Below the pieces are notes generated by a model. The model worked only from the letters and a program-made list of their open reading frames with translations. It did not search any database and was not told where the DNA came from. Shown piece after piece: positions 1 to 11,930 of a stretch of 64,000 nt of DNA. The stretch's first letter is position 1. Each line of letters begins with the position of its first letter. The position numbers were made by a program, and so were the translations under genes. Origin of the DNA: Balanoglossus misakiensis (Eukaryota > Animalia > Hemichordata); NCBI GenBank assembly GCA_040954595.2, contig CM082590.2:3782001-3846000 (forward strand), read 5' to 3'.

Positions 1-206
1 AACACAGGGGTCTCAGTTGTGTACATGTGGCCATAGTAACCTCAAATATCGCCTTGGCAATTGCCGGTCACATGTGTACATTTTTCTACCCTCTACAGCA
101 GTAGCTTTCATTACATAACCACAGGGGTCACAGTTGTGTACAAGTGGTTATAGTACCCTCTAATATCGCCGTGGCAAGTGGCAGTTACATCTGTACATTT
201 TTTCAG
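1..206. repeat. End of a ~117 bp tandem repeat (about 1.7 units visible), followed by a short CAGA run
   Basis: ACAGGGGTC.CAGTTGTGTACA.GTGG..ATAGTA.CCTC..ATATCGCC.TGGCAA occurs at 4 and at 121 (period 117). CAGACAGACAG follows at ~217-227. Confidence 0.8.
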
Positions 207-386
207 AGACTTTCATCAGACAGACAGAATCATGAAGCCGACACTCTCAATCACACAAACTGATGCAACAGACAATCGCACCACTCCAAAAGTTATGCAA
301 AGACAGTCAGATAGATCACTGTTTCATTATATTAATTGCAAATGGAAGAAAAAAAAATGTAGTGTAAAATGTAAAGTGTGGCCAAC

Positions 387-728
387 CTAAAAGAGATGTA
401 CACATTTTTTTGAAGAATCTGTTCTCCACACTCTAACGGGATATATTAAGAAATCTGTAGCAGTTAAATTCGCTCAAGATGTTTTGGGCTCTGAAGACTC
501 TCGATACAGGAGATCTTCTCTTATCCTAGCTCATTGGTGTACACTTGCAGGGAGAGTTGTATTGCGGTAAGCAATATGCAATGATGTGTGTGCAACTCTT
601 CAGCCAGTGTTTTTGCTAAAAGTTGAAGAACATTAGTACTAGTATTGAGAACCCCAGTAACATTGCCATCATCCCAAAAGAGGCCTGCTTTGATATAAAC
701 GGGGAACCCCAGCAAAATTTGGGGAACT
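387..728 (-). pseudogene. Decayed coding exon, sacsin-like C-terminal region (tentative)
   Basis: Bounded by CTTACAG acceptor (AG at 730-729) and AG|GTTGGC donor (GT at 386-385). One frame reads VPQILLGFPVYIKAG...NVLQLLAKTLAEELH...ELG*EKISCIESLQSPKHLERI*LLQIS*YIPLECGEQILQKNVYISFR, with 3 in-frame TAA. It resembles, from memory, sacsin LLYIQ...NFLLALAMTL...IPAEIHYTLLMDPMNVFY. Confidence 0.5.
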
Positions 729-810
729 CTGTAAGATTTTACCTACATTATTTTTGCTTTTTATTTCAACTACAGTTTCTAGGTTGAATCCCTGAACCTT
801 GATGAAGCAC

Positions 811-1250
811 TATGAGGTTATTACGAAAATACCGCAAAGTATGCATGAGGACATTAGCGCTCAGTATCGCCCGACACGCAGCGGAGGGCGATGCGCTGCG
901 CTAATGTCCGAGTGCATACTTTGCGGTATTTTCGTAATAACCTTATTATATCTCCGTTAGTTCTTGTGTTGCATGTTACTTGGCTTTCAAAACGCCAAAA
1001 ATGCTGATACAATCGATCGAAAACTGCTCAGTTGACTCAGTGAGCAGCCATCTTTGTTTTGTGTTTACGTGTGCGCACGTGCGTTGGAGTGGGGGCTCCT
1101 TGAAACCGTCCGCATAACAACGCATACCTGTACACGGTGAGTTGGGACGCTTGAAACTTAAGACTTATTTAACACGCGTTCCGTACGTACCGTTCTGTAC
1201 GGCTTTTTAGCGCACACTTTCTATTGTTCTCAGTGCCAGATGTATAATAA
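811..1250 (+). mobile_element. Non-autonomous hairpin-terminated DNA element, Crypton-like
   Basis: Near-perfect 129 bp hairpin at 815-943 (AGGTTATTACGAAAATACCGCAAAGTATGCA / TGCATACTTTGCGGTATTTTCGTAATAACCT, loop GACACGCAGCGGA). Second inverted pair TTATTATATCT (943-953) / AGATGTATAATAA (1238-1250). CpG-rich relative to the flanks. Family assignment is by architecture only. Confidence 0.65.
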
Positions 1251-1254
1251 TAAG

Positions 1255-1485
1255 TTGTATTAGTACAATCGTGTGAATTATTATTGTTGAAAATTGTAAT
1301 CAAGTATGGACTAGAATTCATTTGTCAACAATAACAATGATTACTGCACATATACAAGATGTTTTGGCAGGCAAAATACTGAACACTTTTGTATGATAAT
1401 GGCATTAATAAGAGAAGCTATGGTAGATTTACACAACAGAAATATTGAAATAAATAGCCAAAAATTACAGCTAATGTTCCTTTAA
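1255..1485 (+). mobile_element. Right half of a degenerate TTAA-flanked MITE (Kolobok-like family; further fragments at ~1880-2030 and ~2235-2434)
   Basis: Ends ...AATATTGAAATAAATAGCCAAAAATTACAGCTAATGTTCCTTTAA, the reverse complement of the left end at 3620. The shared core CTAGAATT..TTTGTCAACAA..ACAATG recurs at ~1311, ~1950 (inverted) and ~2268. Confidence 0.55.
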
Positions 1486-2699
1486 GTACTGCCCTCTGAA
1501 CAAAAACTTTCCAGTTGTGATGACAGGACAATTACTAAGTCACTGTCACGGTTTATTTTTTCATGTCTTTAAAGGCCAGGGATTTGATCCCTGGAATCAA
1601 ATTGTTCAAGACTAAAAAAGGATTATTGCGGTGTCATGTTTTTTTTCCATTAAAATTTTCAATCTGGTGGGTAAATTTCTCGGCGAGACAATATGGCGTC
1701 GACACAGGCCTTTGCAGGTGAATCATATTCTGTAGGTATATTGAACCCTTGAGTGAAAACTTTTCAAAACCAACCAATGCTCTACAACAGGGCTTAAAAG
1801 TGACATTAACTACACTTTTGGCGATGTTTTTAGTATTTTTGGGCTTGAGTATCAATTACCGGTATCCAGTTCTATTCTATTCCCAACATTAAGATGAAAT
1901 GCCAAGTATTCTGCTTGTCAACAGAGAATGTATAATATGTGAAATGACCATTTTTGTTGTTGACAAACGAATTCTAGTCCGGCCTTAGATACAGATTTCA
2001 ACAATAACTATGCTTATTATACTAGGTGATGTTGACAAACTAATTCTTTGTATTGATGGATTCCAACCAGAAAACTGTTTTGCTGTACAGAACAAAAATA
2101 CTGAAAAAGAGACCAAAAGGTACAGGTAATGGAGTTTTAAAGCTCTGTAATCTGTAACTTTTGATTATTGATGATACACACAGTGTGTACCTGTAGCTTA
2201 TCAACACAAGCTGGTTGCATGATTAAAATCAGCTTTGTAATTGTTGAAAATCATGTTCAAGTCCATACTAGAATTAACGTGTTAACAATGACAATGGTCA
2301 TTTACAGGCTGTGCTGACAATGAGAAAACTTAAGATTTTCGCATTGTTTGGCTGGATTCAGTTAAGCAACTAGTTGATATGGAACTACAATACTGGAAAA
2401 AAATAGTCATAAGTTACAGCTTGAGTCCATTTAACTGCTACAAGAAAGGAGAGGAAATGTAAAATAATACTCTTACTAGCTTGTTTTATAGAGAACCCTG
2501 TAGTATATAAATTAAACTACACAATTTCAAAAATGTGTGAAGTAGACCTTTATGTTTACTCTAAATAATTTTATTCAACTATACAGCTTTGATAGAAATA
2601 AGAAAAAAATAGTCTTATTAGTTGAGTTGGAAACTAGATATCCAAGAAAATGCTAAAATGCTTTTACAATAATTGCATCATTTGACCATTGACAAAAAC

Positions 2700-3175
2700 A
2701 TCCTGTCAAAGAGTTGTATGGACCTAAGATTGAGGCAAACAGTGACCTAACTTCCTTCTGATCCTTGTACATCCTGAGGACTCGACTTTCAATTACTTCA
2801 TCATAATTTTAACAGGAAACTTGATATCACACATCGTAACAAGTATGAAGCACTTATGGCTGCCTAAGTCAGATCAAGTTGTAAGTTTTAATGACTTGCC
2901 CAGGCACCGGTGATTTTAATTACCCAAGTCTTAATTACTTGTCACCCAAAACTGGTGCAATCTTATTTACTCTATCAAAGTACCCAGTTGGAAATCCATG
3001 ACAGATTGCAACAAATCCAGACTTGGTAGTTAAGTGTGCCAAACCAATGGTTGCTTCCTGTGTATTACAACTTGTAGAAAGAGGATTTTAAATTAAGTTG
3101 TGATGGAAAACAGCAACATTCCATCCATGTCTGGAAATCTGTTGAATCTGGACATTGTGTGCTCTTCATCAGCTG
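2700..3175 (-). pseudogene. Decayed coding segment, sacsin-like (tentative)
   Basis: Minus-strand translation with a frameshift and several stops: WMECCCFPSQLNLKSSFYKL / QEATIGLAHLTTKSG...YQVSC*NYDEVIESRVL. It resembles, from memory, sacsin [27 protein letters not shown]...LKVSCFEKLQTTL. Boundaries are approximate. Confidence 0.4.
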
Positions 3176-3619
3176 AATAGTGGTATGTCATTGAGAATAT
3201 TAAATCAAATAGTATGTAGTTTTATTCTTTACTTTGCAAATTTTATAACTATTCCAAATCTTGTTCATAAGTTTGCTTATACAGATCAGTTTTTGATAGG
3301 GTGAGTAAAAAGTAAATGTGTCACAGAAGTAGGTGGGATGGATGGTTTTAAAAGTGATTTTGCTGCTATTGACAATCTTTGAGTGGCAAACCATTTTTCG
3401 TACAAATATGGGTTATGTCCTAAATATACACACCCTCATATCAGTTGCACACAATGACAAACTAATATTCACATAGTTTATGCTCCATCTACCCCATTTT
3501 TTTCAAAGATGGTTTTCAGATTACTACATGTAATTAAAGCTTTCAACATTTCAGCTGCATTTTTCAAGATTATTTTCACATTCTTTTACTATTGTTACCA
3601 ATGTAAATAGGAGCAATGC

Positions 3620-3965
3620 TTAAAGGCACAGTTGCTGTAACTCTTGATGTTTATTTCAATATTTTTGTTCTGTTCAAACACTGCTATTTCTAGTTCTACT
3701 CACTAAAATATGCTTAAGTGCCCAGTATTGAGCTTCCCAACAAAGTATATATGCTTGTAAAGTGCCATGTTATTAACGACATTTTACTTTTAGTCCGCAC
3801 TTAAAATCAGTTGTCAACAATAACATTGCTGATTATTGTATATTAACTGTGGGGACAAGCTGAATACTTGCATTATCAACATGATGTAGGAGGTAGAACA
3901 AGATACTGTAGGTGACACACAGCACAAAAATAGTTAAACAATTATCAAAAGTAATGTGCCGTTAA
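3620..3965. mobile_element. Old TTAA-flanked MITE, Kolobok-like
   Basis: Termini TTAA-AGGCACA... and ...TGTGCCG-TTAA (one mismatch to a perfect inverted repeat). Degenerate fold-back interior shared with the 1255-1485 fragment. Confidence 0.6.
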
Positions 3966-4353
3966 AAGTACGAGATCAACATTGAATAGTTACTGGATAT
4001 GCCATTTGAAAATCATACAATCCATTTGTCTGACTTTAATGATTCAACTAGAAACTTAGAGCGGGGATGACACTTGTGAAATCAGAAACACCTTTGCTTG
4101 GCTATTTAACCGCTTCTTTTAGAAGCAAGGATGTGGTAAAAATGGTCTTATGCACCGAATTCTTTGCTACGCGAATCAGTGCGCCAGATACTAGTACCGA
4201 ATTTGAATTGCAGACTCATTACTTTTCTCGAACATTGTATACTCACCAATATGGAGGATTGTTATTGTGCTTTTTATTTACAGTACACTGTACAAATCAA
4301 GTTACAAGTACAATATTGATGATGTGAAGATCTTTATAGTGATATTTTTGCAT

Positions 4354-4494
4354 TAAGGGAGGGTCATAAATTTTTGTGCTCACGTTTGGGGGGAGGGCCA
4401 TATTTTTTCTGAGTCCGTAACTTGGGGAGGGTCCTTAATTTCTGGCCATTGCTTTCTTCAATTCCCCTCCTGGTAATTTACGTCCAGTCCCTTA
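4354..4494. mobile_element. Short MITE or MITE fragment with TAAGGGA...TCCCTTA ends (Harbinger-like, tentative)
   Basis: TAAGGGA at ~4355 and TCCCTTA at 4488-4494. The interior has three GGGAGGG(T/C)C..A.TT repeats. Confidence 0.4.
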
Positions 4495-4495
4495 C

Positions 4496-5160
4496 TTGTA
4501 ATTGTCTTTGTTTGGCAGCTGCAGGCCAGAATGTTTTACTACCGCACATAAATCTACCCTAATCGATTATTCATAAAGTACAACGTTTTTGGAACTACTG
4601 TCGACATTGTAAAAGCCCTAGCTAGTAACTTGGGGGTGAAACAAGGCTACTCTCAGTAGCTCCTGGGAACAGTTCAATTTCATTGTCATATCATTACATG
4701 TGCTGGGTTCCAGTGAAATGAATGGGTCTCATGAACATTCCCCAATACATGACTCATCACCAAGGTCCTTGGAAAGAAGCACATTTTAAAACAGGCACCT
4801 GGTCAGGTCTTTTGCTTTGTCAACTTTGGACAAGCTTTAGCCTTGCATGCCCTGTAAGTCACAATGCACATTAGACATCAACATATCTTTAGAACATGGT
4901 GAATTTTACACGGTGTGTAGGTTATATTATTGACTGCTACAATATTTTCAGTGTTTTTGCTGTAAAATGAATCCAGACGGCTGGCAGTTGAAACACTACT
5001 GAACAAACAGCTTCATGTCAATGTAATCCAGACATTATCACTGAAGATGTGCGAATGAGCGAAGACATTCAGGAGACTCCTCTGTGCAAACATTGTCCTT
5101 GGCTACCAGCTGTGAAGTGATATGATAGAATTGTACCACATCAACTAGCAAGGCCCTGTA
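4496..5160 (-). pseudogene. Decayed coding segment(s), sacsin-like (tentative)
   Basis: CTTACAG acceptor at 5167-5161, then YRALLVDVVQFYHITSQLVAKD...PECLRSFAHLQ**. Further on are SLSKVDKAKDLTRCLF*NVLL and SSKNVVLYE*SIRVDL. These resemble, from memory, sacsin AFVMVEDGWKLLKPEEVV...PLELGTFHQL...VKRVVSGLFRSL...SSILVFDD. Many stops. Confidence 0.4.
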
Positions 5161-5174
5161 CTGTAAGATGTTAA

Positions 5175-5640
5175 GTGTTACATTTTTTGTGTCTACCAGT
5201 GGGACCTTATGTATGGACGTATGGACGGATAGATGGATGTATGTGTACACATCAAAAACTTGAAAACCGTTGCGCCAATAACCTTGATATTTGGTGTGTA
5301 GATGCATGCTAGGCTGTAGATGGGAGTTTGTTCAAACGAATTTTTCATTGCCAGAAATATGCAAATTAGCTGGGAAAAACCTTAATTTGGTCAAAACTCA
5401 GACACTCAACAACTCCTGGTCATATTGATTTGAAAAATGGTATGATAGTACCTTATATTAGCCTTATACATTCTGTATGTTTTAATCTAATAGTGTGAAT
5501 TTTCTACTTTTTATGCATTTTTTGTCTTTTTCCACATTTTTGGTAAAAAATCTACTTTTCTGGAATTGATCAGCCGACTTCTGTGAAATTTGGTATGGAG
5601 CTTTATATAGGTGATCTGAGTTACATGATGGATACCAACA
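5175..5640 (+). mobile_element. Fragment of a non-autonomous Helentron-type (HINE/DINE-1-like) element
   Basis: Degenerate (GTAT/GGAT) microsatellite at ~5208-5245, then recurring (T)GA(A/T)A(T/A)(T/A)TGGT(A/G)TG motifs at ~5285, ~5430 and ~5585 (~150 bp spacing) and AATATGCAAATTAG. This layout is typical of such elements. Confidence 0.5.
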
Positions 5641-6100
5641 TAATATCACATATTGCCACCAGTCAAATATGTTGAAAACAGTGTCATATTTGCTACAGAA
5701 ACAGATCCTACTGTATCATTCATCACCCCATTAGGGAACATGTATTCAAAGCATAGTAAGTTTCCACAGCGAAAATAGCAGCAGTAAACGTCACAGTGCG
5801 TGATTAACAATGCAAAGTTAGATAATTTAACACGATAGTCAACGGCTCACATTTGTCACTGTGTGTGACCAGGGTATCATTTTAAACACAGACTGGACTT
5901 TGACTACTGTGTCCAAATGAAAAGATACATCTGCGTTTAAGTCAAATTGCAATCTTTCATATGACCTGCCTGGTTAAAGTTTACCGCCAACATTTCACCA
6001 TGCTTCAACCACCGGTGGCACAGTGTGTCAAATCCAATATTTGACACAGTGAATGAACCTTGTAAGTTTCCCGATCGGTACTACCCAAAAACCTCACAGC

Positions 6101-6740
6101 AAGCTAAATTTGGAATTAGGATGGGGTACGTGGGGAGGTAAAGCTAACCTAACATATTTGTTTAGATTTAACATTATGCCTGTGAGTTACATGTTAATAT
6201 TTTCTGCATGTCTGTCACGTACAATGCGTTGATGCGCGAAAATGATCACAGGTACCATTCCGAAGAATTCCACTGAATCATGATGACGATGTGCATCGAA
6301 AAATCCTGATTATAATCTATCTGAGAAACAATAGCATGTTATTCATAAAATATACACATTAACCAATGAATGAACCATCATGATGTATACCTCAACACTT
6401 ATTTAAGCTTTTATCATTATTATACCTTTGTCATTACTATAGATATCAACAGCCCTGTTCACCAAAGCTATCACCACATTTGTTAACCTTTATTACATCA
6501 TTCACATGACACCCTTCACCATCATCAACCTCTATTATATTCATTGTTTTTGGCCCATTATAATCTGTGTACACTCAATTTTACCACAAACCATCACCAC
6601 ATTAAGTTAACTGTTTATTAAACACTTCCACATGTGATGCCCATTATTATACCATTGAAATTTGTAAACCGATCATCATACCTATCATACAAGCAATTGC
6701 TGATTGCTGTTAACCCTTGTGTACCACAAGCCATTATCGT
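6101..6740 (+). repeat. Dispersed repeat, copy 1 (direct paralog of 23506-24320)
   Basis: AAGCTAAATTTGGAATT.GGATGGGGT...AAGCTAACCT...TCTATCTGAGAAA.AATAGCATGTTATTCATAAAATAT.CACATTAACCAATGAATGAACCA is colinear in both copies. Confidence 0.9.
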
Positions 6741-7652
6741 GAAATAGGCAACATGAATTTCAAATAACACAGTTTGTCAGCTCTGAAAATGACGTTATCA
6801 TGACCATTACCTATGCTAACTAAAAGTGTACGTGGCAACTTGACCTTAGCAGGCGCTGCCTTATTAAGCTCAAAGTCAGAGTATAAATAAATGTACAGGC
6901 GTGTAAATTAGACAACATCAATATAACGCAGACAACACAGTTTGTCAACTCTTAGAATATTGTTCTCAGGACCATTTCCCACGCTTAATAAAAGTGTTGT
7001 GTATGTGGTACAGTTTGGATTCCTTGTCAGATTTCCCATAACACAGGTCGTGAGCCCCGAAAATTCCCATAACACAATTCTCATGAACATTTTCCATGAT
7101 CAATAAAAGTGTTGTGTGTAGCATAGTCATTTTTCTGTTTGCTGTGACATTTGTCTCCCTGTGAGAGTTTAAGTAAATGTGGAGACATGCAAATTATTTT
7201 GAAAATGAACAAAGGATTTTCCTATCATTGACAAACACTCTTATGAATACGTCCAAATTACCCAACTTTAATTTTCCTTAAAGAATTGGTCAGCTGTGCG
7301 AATATATTTCACCTGACCACTTCCTTTGCTAAGCAAGAGTGTTGTTTATGTAATAATATTAATATAATATTTATAACTTATGTGGCACATTAAATCTCAA
7401 TATGCTTTAAAGTTGTCCCATGGTCATTTGACCTAGGTCGTTGGACCTTAATATTCCATTCAACTCCCTGGGGAGCAAACAACATCTCACCATTCTTAGA
7501 AATGTCAAATTACAGTGCTTTTGGCCACATATTAACCTGGGGATTTACAGTAAACTTTAAATACACATGCATATGCATTTAATCCCCATGTGACCATAAC
7601 ACAGTTTGCAAATGTGAATACGTCCATATTACACAACTTGAATTTTACTTAA

Positions 7653-7994
7653 AGGAACAAAGTCCCTCTCTTACTGCCCTTTTTACCATTAATTATGTTT
7701 GATACAAGACACCGTTTATGTTTTTCTACATGTGGTATAGTGTATCAATGTTCGACCAAACACAACTTCCACTCCACTTGTACACACAAGAGTGAAAAAT
7801 TTGCCAAAATGAATAACCGGTGTTAACCATTTATTCATTTTGGCGAGATTTTTACTCTCATATTCTACAAACGGGATGGAAGTTGTTGGTCGAATGGTGA
7901 TTCACTATATAGCCACATGTAGAATAACATAAACGGGTTCTTGTATCAAACTTAATTAATTGAAAAAAGGCACCGAAAGAGAGACTTTGCCCCT
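7653..7994. mobile_element. Fold-back MITE with TTAA target-site duplication (Kolobok-like)
   Basis: TTAA (7649-7652) AGGAACAAAGTC...GACTTTGCCCCT TTAA (7995-7998). The whole 342 bp is an imperfect palindrome centred at ~7822. The empty site TTTTCC-TTAA-AGAATTGGTCAGC is seen at ~7272 and ~12173. Purine termini plus TTAA fit Kolobok better than piggyBac. Confidence 0.85.
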
Positions 7995-8067
7995 TTAAAC
8001 AATTGGTCAGCTCTGTGAATATAGTTCACCTGACCACTTCCTTTGCTAAGTAAGAGTGTTGTTTATG

Positions 8068-8422
8068 TAATAATATCAATATAATATTTATTACTTATAT
8101 AGCATGTTACGCAATAACTCTCAATGTGCTGCTTTAAAGTGTTTCCCATGGTCATTTGACCTAGGTCGTTGGACGTAAAATATTCCATTCCACTCCATGG
8201 GGAGCAAACAACAGCTCACATGTGCAGCTTTTATATCAGCACAGCAGACCTAAACATACACATTACAATATCCGATCCACCAAATTACCCTTTTCTTATA
8301 GGCGGGGAGAGGCAAGGAGATGTAAATTGCCTTGCCAGAGGACACAACACCACAACCATGCCAGGGATCAAACCCTTGATTCTTTGATTATGGGTCTGAT
8401 GCTCTAACCACTGGACTATGAC
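8068..8422 (-). mobile_element. tRNA-derived SINE (3'-part copies at ~7350-7483 and ~12893-13020)
   Basis: The minus strand has an A box-like TAGTCCAGTGG, a B box-like GGTTTGATCCC, then GTGTCCTCTGGCAAGGCAATTTAC, central GCTCCCCATGGAGTGGA, a LINE-like tail AAGCAGCACATTGAG...GCTATATAAG and an ATT-rich end. Confidence 0.8.
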
Positions 8423-9125
8423 TTAATGTGGCTCAATGACCTTTCCATTTAGTGCCTTGTTCAGCTCTCAGTCAGAGTTTAAGCAAATATGGAAACATGC
8501 ATATTAGGCTCTTTGAATTTCCAAAAATTCAGTGTGTCAGCTCCCATTTCCCAAGACCAGTTCCCGTGCTAAATAAAAGTGCTGTGTGTGGCATAATCAT
8601 TTTTCCGTCTGCTGTGACATTTGTCTCCCTGTGAGAGTTTAAGTAAATGTGGAGACACGCAAATTAGGCAATCCCATATATCCCATACATAATTTAGTGT
8701 GTTTTGTTCACATTTTTGGTTTTTATTTTGAAAATGAACAAAGGAGTTTCCTATCATTGAGCAACTCACTCCATTAACAGTTGCTCGATATGCAGGCTAA
8801 CTTGCTAGATCACTAAAGACTAAAGCATGTTGAGGTTGGTGCCCCAAACCCTTTTGAAGACAACTGGTTGCTAACGATTGCCAATTAGGCAATTTGGATA
8901 TTATACACATAACACAGTTTGTCAACTTTGAGAATACTGTTCTCAATACTATTTCCCATGCTTAATAGACGTGTTGAGTAACAGTATGTGGTAGAATGAC
9001 ATTCCTATACGTTGCCTTCTTTGGCTCATAATCACAGTTTCAGTAAATTTAGAGACACGCAAGTTTAGCAGCTTGAATTTCTCATAACACAGTTTTGAGC
9101 TCCGAGAACACAGTTCTCATGAACA

Positions 9126-11608
9126 AGTTATCTTCATAATCGCCATCAGGTGGTTGCTATTGACAAGAGTATTTCAGATCCAAAGATTGTAAAATGTGGA
9201 ATACCACAAGGTTCTATTCTTGGTCCACTTCTGTTCCTCATTTACATTAATGATATTGTTCTATCAACCAGCGCATTTGATTTTAAACTTTTCGCAGATG
9301 ATACAAGTCTGTTTAAATGTACAAGCTGCAATGTCAACTTTAATCAAATCAACAGTGAATTCAAGTTGGTCAAAGATTGGTGTGATGCCAATAAATTGAC
9401 CATTAACGCTAGTAAAACTAACTATATGTTAATTAATTCCATTCATAAACCAACTCATGCTCAGGGTCAACTAGAAATTGACAGCTCTCTTGTTGAGAAT
9501 GTCTCTTCCACTACTTACCTTGGTGTCATCATTGACTGCGCTCTGAGGTGGAAATCGCACATTGAGAAAGTCAGGAGCGCTATCAGCCCAATTGTTGGAG
9601 TTATTTCAAAAATACGTCACTTTGTACCCAAGTCCACCTAGCTTTTACTTTACAACTCCTTAATTTTACCACACTTAATGTATTGTATTGAAATATGGGG
9701 ACATGCATATCATTCAGCCCTACAACCACTTTTTCGTCTTCAGAAAAGATTGGTTCGTCTGATTACCTTTTTAGGGCCCAAGCCAAGCCAGGCTTGGGCC
9801 CTATTGGTTTCGTTGGTATTTTTCAGTCTTTCTTTCTTTCTTTCTTTCTTTATTCTTATGTCAATTCTTTGTCGCTCTAGATCTCAGACACCACTGCAGG
9901 TACAGTTTTCAAACTTGCTACAGTGGTCAAGGTCAATGAGTAGTCGTGCATTGAACCCATGAATTTTTAATTAGTCACGTGACCTGGCGGCCATATTGGA
10001 TTTTCTGAAAAAATGCAAATCTCAGATCTCAGAAACTACAAGTCAGATCGACTTCAAATTTGGCGTGCAGGTAGACTACCTTCTGTCAATCATTTTTGTA
10101 ATAGGAAATTATGCTGACAAAGTTGCAGTTTTTTTGCTACAATTTTTTTTCTGAAATCTGGCTTAAATTTCAAAAATCTTCTTCTCCAGAACCGGTGATA
10201 ACCGAGACACGGGGTTTGGGGTATGTGGTCACCTAACTGATGTCTATCAAGTTTGCCAAGATCATTATGATTGGTCGAAGATTACGGTGGCCATATTGGA
10301 TTTTCGAAAAACCCTAGTAAAATTTCAAAAATCTTCTTCTCAAGAACTGGCGATAACCGAGTCACAAGATTTGGTGTGTGTGGTCATTAAACAGATGTCT
10401 AACAAGTTTGCGAAGGGGATTGTGATTGGTCGAAGATTATGGCGGCCATATTGGATTTTGTGAAAAACGATTAAAAAGAAAAAATTCCCTTTCTAGCCTA
10501 AAAATTGATAGCACAGAAATTCTTTTTATGGATATGAATCATCATATGACAAGAATAAGCTATAAATATTTTGGTAATTTTGGCAATGACCTTTGACCTA
10601 CTTTTGACGCATCATTTTTCTGCATATCTAATTCCAGGCTAACCAATAGGGCTATAAGTTTGGTTTTTGATGTATGTGGTTTTGTATGTGATCAAAAATT
10701 TTTGCTACTTTTCATGACCCCTTTGACCTCTGCTGACCTCATTAAATATGCGCATACCTAATTACAGATGCACCAATAGACCTAGAGGTTTGGTTTTTGT
10801 TGGACATGGACCAGTATTGGGTCAAAATTTTTTGCCCAAATGTTGGGTGACCTTGGGTGACCTTTGAGTTACTTTTGCATATGTCGACATCCACAGCAGA
10901 TACAGCCTTGGCATTTTGAGGTATGGGGCCATAATGAAAAGCCAAAGTTTTGCGTCACCTGTGACCCCTGCTCAACTCATTATTTATGTGCATACCTAAT
11001 TCTGTGCTAACCAAAAGGCCTAGAGGTCTGGTTTTTGTTGGACATGGACCACTATGGGTCAAAATTTTCTGCCCAAATTGTGGGTGACCTCTGGGTGACC
11101 TTTGACCTACTTAACACTATATCAGCACCAAACATAGATATAACCTTGATATTTCATGGGATAAACACAGCATTATGTTTCTTCTCATTAATTATGTGCA
11201 TATCTAATATCAGATCAGATAATAAAGCTTGGGCCCGGACAATGCTGCTTGCAGCTTTAATCATGCTACTATGCTCATTCAGCCCCTCTGTTTTGGCAAC
11301 TCAGCATATTGAATGTGTTTAATCTTTGTAAACTTCAGACTTGTATGTTCATTTATGACCTAGACCACCATCATTATGCTCACCACCTCGATCAGTATTT
11401 CCAAGGTGTCTCTCCACATACATATCCAACATCATTTAATACGAACAGGAACTTAAAAATCCCAAAGGTCAACTTGACTACTTCTCAGCAGAATTTTAAG
11501 TATGCATCTGTAAAATGCTGGAACTCCATTCCACTCACTTTAAAAAATACACACTGCAGAAACAGATTTAAAAAAGAGCTCAAAAAACATCTGCTACAAC
11601 TTCAGTGA
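9126..11608 (+). pseudogene. LINE ORF2 remnant (reverse transcriptase and C-terminus), parts 9126-9770 and 11261-11608
   Basis: One in-frame TAG at 9639-9641 (KST*LLLYNSLILPHLMYCIEIWG). Removing 9771-11260 gives the continuous frame ...LQKRLVRLITF|SCYYAHSAPLFWQLSILNVFNL... Confidence 0.93.
9771..11260 (+). mobile_element. Complete non-autonomous Helentron-type element (HINE/DINE-1-like)
   Basis: Inserted in a T run with no TSD. 5' hairpin AGGGCCCAAGCC (9773-9784) / GGCTTGGGCCCT (9791-9802), (CTTT)n at ~9828-9852, internal ~152 bp and ~238 bp tandem repeats, 3' subterminal repeat GCTTGGGCCC (11227-11236) and 3' palindrome GCTGCTTGCAGC (11244-11255). Confidence 0.88.
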
Positions 11609-11687
11609 CAACTTCTTTTGCTTTCAATATAGTCAACCCATTATAATGTACTCCTTCGCAACAAATTAGTTGCCTTCAACTCACCTG

Positions 11688-11740
11688 TATTTATTTATTT
11701 ATTTATTTATTTATTTTATTTATTTATTTATTTATTTATT
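11688..11740 (+). repeat. (TTTA)n microsatellite in the LINE 3'UTR
   Basis: About 13 TATT units, read directly. Confidence 0.95.
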
Positions 11741-11930
11741 GAACAGATCATTTATTTACATGTGCTGTACAACTGTTTGACATCTTTATAATTAATTAAC
11801 TCAGAAATATGGGCCATGGACTAGACTAGTTTCCGCGAAACTATTTCCATGGTCCACACTGGAAATATGTAACATCTTCCTTTTACATTCAGTGTATTAT
11901 ATATATATTGACATATCTCTGGTGAAATAA

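Larger units (their letters stand above)
6745..9125 (+). repeat. Old degenerate tandem repeat region (continues at 12001-12256), host to several insertions
   Basis: Recurring AACACAGTTTGTCA(G/A)CT.T.(G)A.AAT...ATTTCCCA(T/C)GCT.AATAAAAGTGTTGTGT motifs at ~6766, 6933, 7071, 8560, 8911, 9087 and 12001. 7110-7230 is nearly identical to 8580-8760. Confidence 0.75.

Noticed and set aside
815-943. pre-miRNA or hammerhead ribozyme in the long hairpins (also 12749-12887)
   Set aside because: I saw no CUGAnGA/GAAA catalytic core arrangement. The hairpins sit at the ends of insertion-defined elements, so a DNA-level role is simpler.
8350-8422. Functional tRNA gene
   Set aside because: The A and B boxes are degenerate, the cloverleaf does not close, and the sequence continues into a SINE body and tail.
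9678-11322. ORFs 9678-9962 and 11035-11322 as membrane-protein genes
   Set aside because: They are chimeric read-throughs across the LINE/Helentron junctions. The hydrophobic stretch in the first comes from the (CTTT)n microsatellite.
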